From Dehalococcoidia bacterium (GTDB lineage: Bacteria; Chloroflexota; Dehalococcoidia; SZUA-161; SpSt-899): a DNA stretch of 64,000 nt. Positions 1 to 9,569 of the stretch are shown in pieces. Both the position numbers and the translations under genes were made by a program. The stretch covers positions 32,664 to 96,663 of the forward strand of contig JAWOBB010000044.1 of NCBI GenBank assembly GCA_046498265.1, read 5' to 3'. Within the stretch, counting starts at the first letter, position 1, and each line of letters starts with the position of its first letter. Below the pieces are notes generated by a model, which saw nothing but the letters and a program-made list of their open reading frames with translations, did not search any database and had not been told where the DNA came from.

Positions 1-2
1 CT

Positions 3-266
3 TTCCACCTTGGGATTCTAACTAAGCTGGTCTCCTCCGAAAACCTGGCTGCCGAAACCAATGCAATGGCCGCAAAAATCGCAGCGAGCCCCCCGATTGT
101 CACCCGTTATGTCAAGCAATTGGTATACAAAGGACTGGACAGCGATCTGCCAACAGCTCTCGAAATGACGGCTGCTATGACCGCCATGACCATGTTCAGC
201 CGAGATCACGAAGAAGGGGTGGCTGCATGGAAGGAAAAACGCGAACCTGATTACCATGGCAGGTAA
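3..266 (+). CDS. enoyl-CoA hydratase/isomerase (crotonase) family protein, C-terminal fragment; 5' end lies outside the window
   Basis: Frame is open from position 3. The C-terminus ...FSRDHEEGVAAWKEKREPDYHGR is typical of crotonase-fold enzymes. Confidence 0.6.
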   Translation, partial: FHLGILTKLVSSENLAAETNAMAAKIAASPPIVTRYVKQLVYKGLDSDLPTALEMTAAMTAMTMFSRDHEEGVAAWKEKREPDYHGR

Positions 267-302
267 TAAACGTTGCCTCAAACATATCACAGGAGGAACG
301 AA

Positions 303-1244
303 TTGGCTGAAGAATTAAGGATTTTCACCGGCAATACGCATCCGGAACTGGCGCACGCGGTCTGTAATTACCTGGAAATTACGCCCGGGCAGATAGACGT
401 TTTCCAGTTCAGCAACGAAAATATCTTTGTTCGAATCCTGGAGAATGTGCGGGGGCGTGATGTTTTCATTATTCAGCCAATCAGCAGCCCGGTAAACCGC
501 AGCCTGATGGAACTCCTTATAATGATCGACGCCGCCAAACGAGCCTCAGCTGAAAGGATTACCGCCGCTATTCCCTATTATGGATACTCCAGAACCGACA
601 AGAAGGATCAACCCCGTGTACCGGTTACCGCACGCCTGGTGGCCGACCTCATAACCGTAGCCGGAGCCAGCCGCGTTCTCACCCTCGATTTGCATGCCGG
701 GCAGATTCAAGGATTCTTCAACATTCCGGTGGACGAATTAACCGCCCTCTATATCCTGAGTTCGCATTTCGAAAAGAAGCAATTGAATAATTTTGTAGTG
801 GTGGCTACCGATATAGGCATCTCCAAGCGAGCCAGGGATATGGCTGCCAGGCTGAATTGTCCCCTGGCCATCATCGAAAAAAGGCGTATCGGCAACAACG
901 ATCAGACGGAAACTCATCATGTCATTGGCGATGTGCAAAATTGCAATGCCATCCTCTTTGACGACGAAATCGATACCGGCGGTTCCATTGCTTCAGCTTC
1001 AAGAACGCTGATCGAGCACGGAGCAAATGAAGTATGTGCCTGCTGTACCCATCCCATCCTCTCCGGCCATGCAATTGAGAGATTAGCCGAAAGTCCCCTG
1101 AAAGAAATAGTTGTTACCGATAGCGTGCCGGTGTCCCCTGAAAAGAAGATAGATAAACTGACCGTGCTCTCCCTGGCCCCCCTGATCGGGGAGGCGATTC
1201 ACCGAATACATGCCAATCTCTCAATAGGGGCCATGTTCCATTAG
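303..1244 (+). CDS. prs: ribose-phosphate pyrophosphokinase (PRPP synthetase)
   Basis: The ORF spans 273..1244. TTG at 303 lies 6 nt after AGGAGG and gives an N-terminus MAEELRIFTGNTHPELA like Prs. PRPP-binding DDEIDTGGS motif is present. Confidence 0.85.
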   Translation: MAEELRIFTGNTHPELAHAVCNYLEITPGQIDVFQFSNENIFVRILENVRGRDVFIIQPISSPVNRSLMELLIMIDAAKRASAERITAAIPYYGYSRTDKKDQPRVPVTARLVADLITVAGASRVLTLDLHAGQIQGFFNIPVDELTALYILSSHFEKKQLNNFVVVATDIGISKRARDMAARLNCPLAIIEKRRIGNNDQTETHHVIGDVQNCNAILFDDEIDTGGSIASASRTLIEHGANEVCACCTHPILSGHAIERLAESPLKEIVVTDSVPVSPEKKIDKLTVLSLAPLIGEAIHRIHANLSIGAMFH

Positions 1245-1258
1245 ACCCGAGGTAAACC

Positions 1259-3979
1259 ATGTTCAAAAAGTTCCTCAGTGCTCTTGGCGGTGATTCCAAT
1301 GAAAAGGAACTCAAGAGACTCCAGCCAATAGTTGAGGAAATCAATGCGCTGGAAGCAGAGTTCGACAAACTCAGCAATGAAGACCTCCCTGTTAAAACAA
1401 ATGAATTCAAGGACCGCTTGAATTCAGGAGAAGACCTCGACGACCTCCTGCCCGAAGCATTCGCCACCGTCCGCAGAGCCGCGTATTTGAACGTCGGCAT
1501 GCGGCACTTCGATGTCCAGCTCATCGGGGGAATCGTTCTCTATGAAGGCAGGATCGCCGAGATGAAAACCGGCGAAGGCAAAACCCTCGTTGCCACTTTG
1601 CCAGCCTACCTCAATGCGCTCACCAGCGAAGGCGTGCACGTAATTACGGTCAACGATTACCTCTCCAAACGTGATACCCAGTGGATGGGTGCTGTCTACC
1701 ACGCCTTAGGCCTGAGCGTGGGCTGCATCCAGCACGAATCGGCCTTTCTCTTCGATCCGGACTATGATTCGGAGGATGAGTCCTGGCCACATCTGAGGCC
1801 GGTACGCCGCAAGGAAGCCTATGATGCCGATATCACCTACGGTACCAATAATGAATTCGGATTCGATTATCTGCGGGACAACATGGTTGCCGACTTTTCG
1901 CAAAAGGTACAGAGAGAATTCAATTACGCTATAGTGGACGAGGTCGACAACATCCTCATCGACGAAGCTCGTACCCCTCTAATCATCAGCGGCCAGGCCG
2001 AGGAGTCCCAGGCAGCCTATATCCAGGCCGAGAGGGCTGTCCGAAAGCTGGAAAGAGGCCTCAGCACAGTCGAACTCGACCAGATGAAAAAGGAACTCGG
2101 CGAGAACCTGTCCATGGAAAAGGCCGAAAGCGAATATGACTATATTTTCGATGAAAGAACCCGGCATATACATCCCACCTCTCGGGGGCAGCAGAAAATC
2201 TCTGCAGCATATGATGATCCCGATATGTACGGTGAACACGGCCGCGAGGAGGTGGCTTCCGTCGAGGAAGTCCACGAGAGGATGAAGAACATCCACCATG
2301 TCGAAACCGCGCTCCGAGCCAAACACTTCTACCGGGAAGGTCGGGAATACGTAATCGAGCCCACCGGCGAAAACGTGCTCGGTGTTACCATCGTGGATGA
2401 GTTTACTGGCCGGAAAATGCCGGGACGCCGCTTCTCCGAAGGCCTCCATCAGGCAATCGAAGCCAAGGAAGCGTCCCGTTATGGCCTGAAGCGTCTGCCA
2501 ATTAAAGCCGAAAGCATCACACTGGCCACCATAACTTTTCAGAACTTTTTCCGCATGTACCCGATCCTGGCCGGGATGACGGGAACGGCCGTGACCGAAG
2601 CGGAGGAATTTCATAAGATTTATGATCTTGACGTGGTGGTCATACCTACCAATAAACCACTTATCCGAAAAGAGTATCCTGATCAAATATATAGAACTGA
2701 AGATGCCAAATTCCGGGCTGTAGTCAGGGAAATCAAGGAACTCCAAGCTACGGCAAGACCGGTACTGGTAGGCACGTGCTCTGTTGAAAAATCGGAGATT
2801 TTAAGTGACATGCTTACCAAAAATGGTATCAAGCATAATGTCCTCAATGCCAAGAACCACGAAAAAGAGGCTCACGTCATCGAGCGGGCCGGCAGGCCGG
2901 GAGCCGTAACCATAGCTACCAACATGGCCGGGCGCGGTGTCGATATCATCCTGGGCGGAAATCCGGATTCTCTTGACCACGAAACCTGGCAGGCCGAGCA
3001 CGATAAGGTGGTTGAAGCCGGAGGCCTGCACATCATCGGTACGGAGCGCCATGAAGCCAGGCGAATCGACAACCAGCTTCGGGGGCGTGCCGGCAGGCAG
3101 GGCGATCCGGGCAGTTCGCGCTTCTATGTATCGGTGGAAGATGACATCATGCGGCGATTCGGAGGAGATCGAATCGGCGGAATCATGGAACGTTTCGGAT
3201 TCGACGAAGATACACCTATCGAACACTCGATCGTCTCCAAGGCAATCGAGAACACCCAGGTCAAGGTGGAAGCTCATCACTTCGATATCCGCAAGCACCT
3301 GCTGGATTACGACGATGTATTGAATACGCAACGGGAAGTCATTTACGGAGAAAGGGGAAAGCTCCTCAGCGGGGCTGATCTCAAAGCGAACATAACAGGG
3401 ATGGTAACCAGCGCAATAAACGGCTATATCGATAAAAACCTCCCCGGGGAAGAGCCCGATGCCTGGGACCTCAATACCCTGCTTAAAGAGGTGGAAGGTA
3501 TTCTTCCGCTGCCTCAGGATGCCACGGCGCAGAGCCTCTCCATGATGAGTCGAGCGGAGATCGAAGAAAAGCTTCTCGACCATGCTACCTCGCTGTATGA
3601 ACAGCGCGAAGAGGAAATGGGAACCGATACCATGCGCCTCCTGGAGCGGCTGGTAATGTTGCGGTCCATCGATACCCACTGGCGAGAGCATTTAACCGTG
3701 CTGGAAAACATGCGTCAGGAAATCGGCCTTTATGCATATGGCCATCGCGATCCGCTCGTAACCTACAAAACGGAAGCTCATTCGCGATTTCAGGAAATGC
3801 AGGAAATGATCCAGTATGACATAGTTCACAGCATTTATAGAGTCAGCCTCGTCAACCAGGAGCCCCCTAAGAAGGAGCAAAAAACAGCCGTCCCTGTCGG
3901 GAAAAAGGTGGGACGCAACGATCCCTGTCCCTGCGGCAGCGGAAAGAAATATAAGAAATGCTGCGGCAGAACAATATAA
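1259..3979 (+). CDS. secA: preprotein translocase ATPase SecA
   Basis: 906 aa with DEAD-like motor motifs (GEGKT, DEVD) and the C-terminal zinc motif [14 protein letters not shown]. Confidence 0.95.
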   Translation: MFKKFLSALGGDSNEKELKRLQPIVEEINALEAEFDKLSNEDLPVKTNEFKDRLNSGEDLDDLLPEAFATVRRAAYLNVGMRHFDVQLIGGIVLYEGRIAEMKTGEGKTLVATLPAYLNALTSEGVHVITVNDYLSKRDTQWMGAVYHALGLSVGCIQHESAFLFDPDYDSEDESWPHLRPVRRKEAYDADITYGTNNEFGFDYLRDNMVADFSQKVQREFNYAIVDEVDNILIDEARTPLIISGQAEESQAAYIQAERAVRKLERGLSTVELDQMKKELGENLSMEKAESEYDYIFDERTRHIHPTSRGQQKISAAYDDPDMYGEHGREEVASVEEVHERMKNIHHVETALRAKHFYREGREYVIEPTGENVLGVTIVDEFTGRKMPGRRFSEGLHQAIEAKEASRYGLKRLPIKAESITLATITFQNFFRMYPILAGMTGTAVTEAEEFHKIYDLDVVVIPTNKPLIRKEYPDQIYRTEDAKFRAVVREIKELQATARPVLVGTCSVEKSEILSDMLTKNGIKHNVLNAKNHEKEAHVIERAGRPGAVTIATNMAGRGVDIILGGNPDSLDHETWQAEHDKVVEAGGLHIIGTERHEARRIDNQLRGRAGRQGDPGSSRFYVSVEDDIMRRFGGDRIGGIMERFGFDEDTPIEHSIVSKAIENTQVKVEAHHFDIRKHLLDYDDVLNTQREVIYGERGKLLSGADLKANITGMVTSAINGYIDKNLPGEEPDAWDLNTLLKEVEGILPLPQDATAQSLSMMSRAEIEEKLLDHATSLYEQREEEMGTDTMRLLERLVMLRSIDTHWREHLTVLENMRQEIGLYAYGHRDPLVTYKTEAHSRFQEMQEMIQYDIVHSIYRVSLVNQEPPKKEQKTAVPVGKKVGRNDPCPCGSGKKYKKCCGRTI

Positions 3980-3994
3980 TAAAAGAGAATATCC

Positions 3995-4258
3995 ATGCCC
4001 ATCTACGAATATAAAGCGAGAGGGCCTTCATCCTGCGATTTATGTAAAGCCAAATTCGAGATCAGGCAGAGCATAGATGAGGCACCTCTGGTTGAATGTC
4101 CTCGCTGTAAAGCCCCAATCAAGCGCCTTTTTTCCCGAAATTTTATTACCACCACCGACTCACTCCCGCTCGAAGACACTTTTCATACCCACACCCCCGA
4201 AGAAGCTGACAGTTTGGGCCTCGAAGGGGGATTTGCCGAGGACCAGGTCTGGGAGTGA
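3995..4258 (+). CDS. FmdB-family zinc-ribbon protein
   Basis: 87 aa with an MPIYEY...C..C...C..C pattern (CxxC-CxxC zinc ribbon). Confidence 0.7.
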   Translation: MPIYEYKARGPSSCDLCKAKFEIRQSIDEAPLVECPRCKAPIKRLFSRNFITTTDSLPLEDTFHTHTPEEADSLGLEGGFAEDQVWE

Positions 4259-4313
4259 TTCAAGGCAGAATAAATGCTATAATTAAGGACAAGTTCGATA
4301 TGGAGAAGAAAAG

Positions 4314-4739
4314 ATGAACAGTAAAGGCATTCTTCTAGGAATTTTGGTTCTGCTTTTATTCTGCCTGCCAGCCTGCGTCGGTGACGATAATGAGAAAACC
4401 CCTGCCGAAAGTCCGGGGGCCACTGTTTCGCCCACTCCTACTCCCGCACCATCTCCCACCCCTTTTATCTCCATACCACAGCAGGTTATTCTGGAAAAAG
4501 GCCAATACTGGAAATTCAATTATTTTATTGGGGAAGAGGAGTTTGGCTCCAATGAATATGTAGTAACCGCAGTTCCCCAAGCAGCCGGGACCATGACCTA
4601 TATTATTGAATCCAACCTCACCATGCTAAAAACCGAGCCCTGGTGGGGGAAAGGATTCACATCGGATGCCACCCTGAAAATAAACTCGTTTGGTAATCCG
4701 ATAAACTATAACTCAGCGGAGCAGATAGGCTCCGGCTGA
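4314..4739 (+). CDS. secreted lipoprotein (N-terminal part), Pro/Thr-rich linker; ends at an in-frame TGA
   Basis: Signal peptide with lipobox (LFCLPAC), then a TPTPAPSPTP linker. The frame continues open after the TGA at 4737-4739. Confidence 0.55.
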   Translation: MNSKGILLGILVLLLFCLPACVGDDNEKTPAESPGATVSPTPTPAPSPTPFISIPQQVILEKGQYWKFNYFIGEEEFGSNEYVVTAVPQAAGTMTYIIESNLTMLKTEPWWGKGFTSDATLKINSFGNPINYNSAEQIGSG

Positions 4740-5159
4740 GGGGCCGTCAAGCAGTCGGTCGGCTGCAATGTCAGTGACCACGTAGCCTCAGCCTGGGTCA
4801 ATGTTCGGGGCAAAAGCACTGAAAAAGAAATCAATCTGGATCCCGATATAATCCTGCTCACAGATAAAACTGTAGCCTGGCTTGACCTGATGTACACCAT
4901 CTGGCCTTTGAAGGAGGATGAACAAGTTACCGTGCCTGTATTCAATCCGGATAAACTGGAAGCATCGGAACTGGAGATAAATATCCGCTCACCAAAAGCG
5001 CAAATCGACATGGGAGGGAGAATCTACGATGCCTTCGTATGTGATGCGGGCTCACCGGCTCAGGTTCATTATGTAACCGAAGAGGGGCAGCTTCTTAAGG
5101 TAGAACAGCCCGATTTGAATTTGACCATACGCCTTACAGAGACTGGCTCCCATTACTAA
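4740..5159 (+). pseudogene. in-frame continuation of the 4314 lipoprotein ORF after a single TGA (first ATG at 4890); disrupted gene, sequencing error or recoding
   Basis: No stop codon in the same frame between 4740 and 5159. No own signal peptide. A terminator follows. Confidence 0.4.
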
Positions 5160-5167
5160 GGAATGAA

Positions 5168-5196
5168 AGGGCGAGTCTTTAAACTCGCCCTTTTTT
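5168..5196. terminator. bidirectional rho-independent terminator between convergent lipoprotein and pgk
   Basis: GGGCGAGTCTTTAAACTCGCCC hairpin followed by TTTTTTG. Confidence 0.6.
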
Positions 5197-5198
5197 GA

Positions 5199-6386
5199 TT
5201 ATTTATCCAGGAGTGCAGCCACCCCGGGCAGGATTTTGCCCTCCAGGAATTCCAGCGAGGCCCCTCCTCCGGTCGAGACATGGGTCATCTTCGACTCAAC
5301 GCCCATCTCTTTGACAGCAGCGGCGGTATCACCCCCACCGATAATTGTAGTGGCATCCAGTTCCGCAACGAACGAAGCTATATTCTTTGTACCTGAGGAA
5401 AAAGCGGGGAATTCAAAGACTCCCATCGGCCCGTTCCAGACAATCGTCTTGCACTCCTTAAGTTCCTGCTTAAACTTTTCTATGCTCTCAGGCCCGATAT
5501 CCAGCAACATCCAGCCATCCGGAACAGCGATTATGGGAACAATTCTGTGGGCGGCATCGGCTTCGAATTTCTCGGCAGCCACACCGTCAGCCGGCAATAC
5601 CAGATTGACTCTCTTCGACTTTGCCTTTCTGATCAGACCGCGACTGAATTCCAGTTGATCTTCCTCGACCTCGGAACTGCCTACCTCATATCCCTGAGCT
5701 TTAATGAAGGTATTCGCCATTCCTCCGCCTATAACCAGCACGTCAACCTTTTCGATAATATTTTCCAGCAGGGCAATCTTATCGGCCACCTTTGCTCCAC
5801 CTACGATCATGGCAAAAGGACGGGCAGGTTTGGTCAGGGCTTTACCCAGGAATTCGAGCTCCTTTTCCATCAGGAATCCGGAGACCGCCGGCAGGTAATC
5901 GGCCACGCCGGCAGTTGAGGCATGCGCCCGGTGAGCCGTGCCGAAGGCGTCATTCACATAGACTTCGGCCAGACTGGCCAGGGATTTGGCAAACGACGAA
6001 TCATTCTTTGTCTCTTCATCGTGGAAGCGCAAATTCTCCAGCAGGATCACCTCCGCCGCTTTCATCTCGCCAATTTCCTTTTCCACCTCCGGCCCAACAC
6101 AATCTGCCAAACACTTCACCGGTTTTTCCAGAAATTGTGAAAGCCGCTCTCCCACCCTGGACAGACGCAGTTCTTCCTTGACCTCCCCTTTCGGGCGCCC
6201 CAGGTGAGAGCACAGAATTATCTTTGCACCCTGCTCGATAAGGTAACGAATGGTAGGAAGCGCCGCCTGAACCCGGGAATCATCGGTAATCTCACCAGTG
6301 GATTTGTCCCTGGGCACATTGAAATCGACCCGCACCAGTACCCGTTTGCCATGAACATCGATGTCCCTAGCCGTTTTCTTGGCCAT
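5199..6386 (-). CDS. pgk: phosphoglycerate kinase
   Basis: The ORF runs to 6401. The likely start MAKKTARDIDVHGKRVLVRVDFNVP is at 6386. PGK motifs are present. Confidence 0.9.
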   Translation of the reverse strand: MAKKTARDIDVHGKRVLVRVDFNVPRDKSTGEITDDSRVQAALPTIRYLIEQGAKIILCSHLGRPKGEVKEELRLSRVGERLSQFLEKPVKCLADCVGPEVEKEIGEMKAAEVILLENLRFHDEETKNDSSFAKSLASLAEVYVNDAFGTAHRAHASTAGVADYLPAVSGFLMEKELEFLGKALTKPARPFAMIVGGAKVADKIALLENIIEKVDVLVIGGGMANTFIKAQGYEVGSSEVEEDQLEFSRGLIRKAKSKRVNLVLPADGVAAEKFEADAAHRIVPIIAVPDGWMLLDIGPESIEKFKQELKECKTIVWNGPMGVFEFPAFSSGTKNIASFVAELDATTIIGGGDTAAAVKEMGVESKMTHVSTGGGASLEFLEGKILPGVAALLDK

Positions 6387-7173
6387 TGGTACCTCCCCCA
6401 TGGATTTCTTCCAGACGATCCACTATTTTCTCAGCTTCGGCTACCGAATCAGGAGCTACATCATAAGGACTGACTCCCTGGAAATCGGAGTCTCGAATAG
6501 CCGGGGCCATGTTTAAAAACCCAAGCACTTCAAAATCGGGCAGGTTCGTACGGACAAATTCCTCATCCTCAGGCCCGGTGATTTTATTCCCCACTACATA
6601 GGTTTTCATTACTCCCAGATCGGCCGCCAGCTTTCTAACCGATTTGGCCGTCTGAATACTTCGCTGCCCCGGTTCCACAACCACAATAAAGGCATCAACC
6701 CCCTTGACAGTTCCTCTGGCCAGGTGTTCTATCCCGGCATCCATATCCAATAGAACCGTCTCATCTCTGCCTAAAATCAGGTGGCCGATCAAGGCCGTCA
6801 GCAACACACTTTCCGGGCAAATGCATCCCATGCCACCGGTATCCACACTCCCCAGCATGAGCAATTTAACCCCATTTTTTTCAACCGAAAGCCTGTCAGG
6901 AATATCATCCACCTTGGGATTCAGCTTAAAATACGGAGCCTGGGTGCCGGGTTTAGCGCCCGTCCTCTCCTCTATCAATTCACTCATCTGTGATATCGGT
7001 GTTATCTTTTCAATCTCTTCGTCCGAGAAACCCAGCGCCGTCCCGAAGTTGGCATCAACATTGGCATCAATTGCCAGCACTTTGTGACCCTTTGATACAT
7101 AAATCCGCGCCATCAAACTTGACAACGTCGTTTTCCCCACCCCTCCCTTACCGGAAAAAGCCAGTTTTAACAT
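6367..7173 (-). CDS. CooC/MinD-family P-loop ATPase (CO-dehydrogenase maturation factor-like)
   Basis: Deviant Walker A GKGGVGKTT near the N-terminus (start taken at MLKLAFSGKGG). The 3' end overlaps the pgk start by 20 nt. Confidence 0.65.
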   Translation of the reverse strand: MLKLAFSGKGGVGKTTLSSLMARIYVSKGHKVLAIDANVDANFGTALGFSDEEIEKITPISQMSELIEERTGAKPGTQAPYFKLNPKVDDIPDRLSVEKNGVKLLMLGSVDTGGMGCICPESVLLTALIGHLILGRDETVLLDMDAGIEHLARGTVKGVDAFIVVVEPGQRSIQTAKSVRKLAADLGVMKTYVVGNKITGPEDEEFVRTNLPDFEVLGFLNMAPAIRDSDFQGVSPYDVAPDSVAEAEKIVDRLEEIHGGGTNGQENG

Positions 7174-7272
7174 GTCATCCCTCTCTACATTCATTATAAG
7201 CTTGGTAAGAGCAAAGGTCTACCGCATTCAAAACAAAAGCTTTATACTACTTGTAACTAAGGGAAGTCTCCC

Positions 7273-7530
7273 ATGTCTTTACCTGAATCAGAAGTCATGC
7301 TGCGTCATCTTCCTGTTGATGAAGCGCTCATCAAGATGGATAAGTTCCTGAACCAGAGTTATGATATGGGGCTTTATACAGTGCGTGTTATTCACGGAAA
7401 AGGTTCCGGCACCCTTCGTCTGGAGACTCGACGCGAGTTGGCCCATCATCCTCTGGTGGAATCATTCAGACCTGCCGAATCCTGGGAAGGTGGAACAGGC
7501 GCTACCATCGTCAGGCTTATCTCCCGGTGA
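7273..7530 (+). CDS. Smr-domain protein
   Basis: 85-aa protein with Smr-like hallmark segments (VRVIHGKGSGTLR). Confidence 0.6.
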   Translation: MSLPESEVMLRHLPVDEALIKMDKFLNQSYDMGLYTVRVIHGKGSGTLRLETRRELAHHPLVESFRPAESWEGGTGATIVRLISR

Positions 7531-7532
7531 GC

Positions 7533-8636
7533 CTAAGCAATTCCAAATCTTTCTTTCAGCATCCAGGATATTTCCTGTAAGTATAAAAACGCCCGTTCCA
7601 CCAGATTCTCCTCCATTTTAGCATCCGCCGAATCAACTCGCGCCTGTAACTGCTGAGAATTGTCCCCCTCTAAATCAGCCATAACTGCGTTCTTGATGCA
7701 GCATTTCGAAGGAGCAATTAAGGATTGCCGGGCAATCTTTTCCAGCGAGATATCGGCGTTATCGGCAATTACCTTCCAGTAACCGGTCAAGCGATCAAAC
7801 AGGGTGTCCGACGTCCGGGGGTCCAGCGTACCAGATTCCGTGGGAACGATTCCCCATGACAGGATGCCGTTGTTGTTCAGAAAATCCGCAACAGGCTGAG
7901 CATAGGCCCTGGGCATTATCTCAAGCTGGAAAGCATCTATGGAAAGCAAATCCAACCCGAGGTCAAGCAAATACGGCAAATCCACATTCAGACACAGGTG
8001 TAAGGCTCTTGGCCCGTCAAATCCTTCCAGAAAATTACGGTAGTCTTGACTTGCTTGAAGTTCGTTATATCCAGCAAAGGAACTGAAAACCCAGCCCAAC
8101 CCTGGTTCATCCATCCACACAAAGGTATTTGGATGCTTTTCAGCCAGTTGATGATACTGAAAATTCACCTTTCTCAATGCAAAATCGAACAGCAACACTC
8201 GGATATCGTCATCATAGATTAAGGGTCGCCTTTCTTCGTCTGTAACCCTGAAACCAAAGTTAACCGGCCCGCAAACCTGGCCCCGTATCGCCGGGTAGCT
8301 GCTCAAATCGCGCTCAAGAAATCGAGAGTAGGTCACTGAATTCCAATCGTGAAGAGCCAGAATCTGCGGATCATCCATGCTGGCCGAGAAATTATCCAGC
8401 TCTTCCGAGAAGCGTAACGAATCAAATTCAACCCTTTTTTCATCAAGATTGATACTTGTTCCAGGGAATCCATCGGCAAACTGGGCAAACATATCCTCGC
8501 TAAAAGATAGGCGCGGCAACTGAGGCCAGAAAGGCACATCCAGGCCCAGGGCCAGTTTGAGCGCTCTTTCCGGATCAACATGAGGCATGGCTGCCATAGC
8601 GGTTGTCTGGCAGTTCGGTTCAAAATCCATTTTCAC
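7533..8636 (-). CDS. hypothetical protein, possibly MetE C-terminal-domain/URO-D-fold zinc methyltransferase-like
   Basis: 367 aa. WMDEPGLG resembles the MetE IQIDEPA motif. Zn-ligand-like H-x-C (LHLCL) and a C-terminal KCC pair are present. Weak, by-eye similarity only. Confidence 0.35.
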   Translation of the reverse strand: MKMDFEPNCQTTAMAAMPHVDPERALKLALGLDVPFWPQLPRLSFSEDMFAQFADGFPGTSINLDEKRVEFDSLRFSEELDNFSASMDDPQILALHDWNSVTYSRFLERDLSSYPAIRGQVCGPVNFGFRVTDEERRPLIYDDDIRVLLFDFALRKVNFQYHQLAEKHPNTFVWMDEPGLGWVFSSFAGYNELQASQDYRNFLEGFDGPRALHLCLNVDLPYLLDLGLDLLSIDAFQLEIMPRAYAQPVADFLNNNGILSWGIVPTESGTLDPRTSDTLFDRLTGYWKVIADNADISLEKIARQSLIAPSKCCIKNAVMADLEGDNSQQLQARVDSADAKMEENLVERAFLYLQEISWMLKERFGIA

Positions 8637-8780
8637 TTTCTGATTTGCATTCTATCATATCTCATGATTTTGACGGGCCAGACACGGTCTCTGATTTCAT
8701 TCGCTATATTTCGCTAACTGTTAAGCAAAGCTCCTGATAAGATGATAAACTGAAAATAAAGGAACTCTGCTGCGCGCGCC

Positions 8781-9569
8781 ATGAACATCAAAGGCTTGAT
8801 AATTCCAGCGGCTACCCCGTTTAATGACGGCCATGTGGACCTTCCCGCACTGAGTAATCTACTGGAATTCCTGATTAAAGGCGGGGCAGATTCAATTTTT
8901 ATCATCGGCACCACCGGGGAATTCCAGTATCTGTCCTTTACCCAGAAGCAAAAAATCATCAAACAGGCAAATTCGATCATCGGGCATCGACTTCCATTGC
9001 TTGTGGGGATTTCCGCAGAAGACCCCGCGGAAATTAAGGCTCTGGCTGGCGAAGCTGCAGAAAACGAAGCAGAGGGGGTGGTACTGGCCCCTATCTTCGG
9101 CGGGGGAAACCCCTGTGAGAAGATGGATTCAATGATTCAAAACTCTTCACTGCCGCTTCTGCTTTACAACAATCCTGAAATCCACCCAGGTAAGCAACTG
9201 CCGCTTAAAATTGTGGGTGAATACGCACCACATCCAAAGGTAATCGGTATTAAAGACAGCTCAGGAGACCGTGACTATTTCAACAAGTTGCTTCAGATAC
9301 AATCAAAAAGTTTTTCAGTATTGGAAGGTAAGGAATCGTCGATCCTGTCGGCAATTGTGGCAGGGGCGGACGGAATCGTCCCCGGCACAGCCAATGTCGA
9401 CCCCGGCCTTTTTGCCAGAATCCTGGTACTGCGAGATGAGGAAACCATGGGACAAATCTTGTTCCTAAAGAGCGAACTGAAAGAACTTACTGGGGAACCG
9501 ATCCCGGCAATCAAACAAAAACTGGTTCAGCTTGGAATTATCAGTTCTGCTGAGACAGTCAAATTATAA
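8781..9569 (+). CDS. dihydrodipicolinate synthase/N-acetylneuraminate lyase family protein
   Basis: N-terminus IIPAATPFNDG...GGADSIFIIGTTGEF is typical of the DapA family. At 262 aa it is short for DapA. Confidence 0.65.
   Translation: MNIKGLIIPAATPFNDGHVDLPALSNLLEFLIKGGADSIFIIGTTGEFQYLSFTQKQKIIKQANSIIGHRLPLLVGISAEDPAEIKALAGEAAENEAEGVVLAPIFGGGNPCEKMDSMIQNSSLPLLLYNNPEIHPGKQLPLKIVGEYAPHPKVIGIKDSSGDRDYFNKLLQIQSKSFSVLEGKESSILSAIVAGADGIVPGTANVDPGLFARILVLRDEETMGQILFLKSELKELTGEPIPAIKQKLVQLGIISSAETVKL

Noticed and set aside
4737-4800. Selenocysteine insertion at the in-frame TGA of the lipoprotein gene.
   Set aside because: No convincing SECIS-like stem-loop lies immediately 3' of the TGA and the protein context is not redox-like. 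The possibility is kept only as low-probability in the finding.
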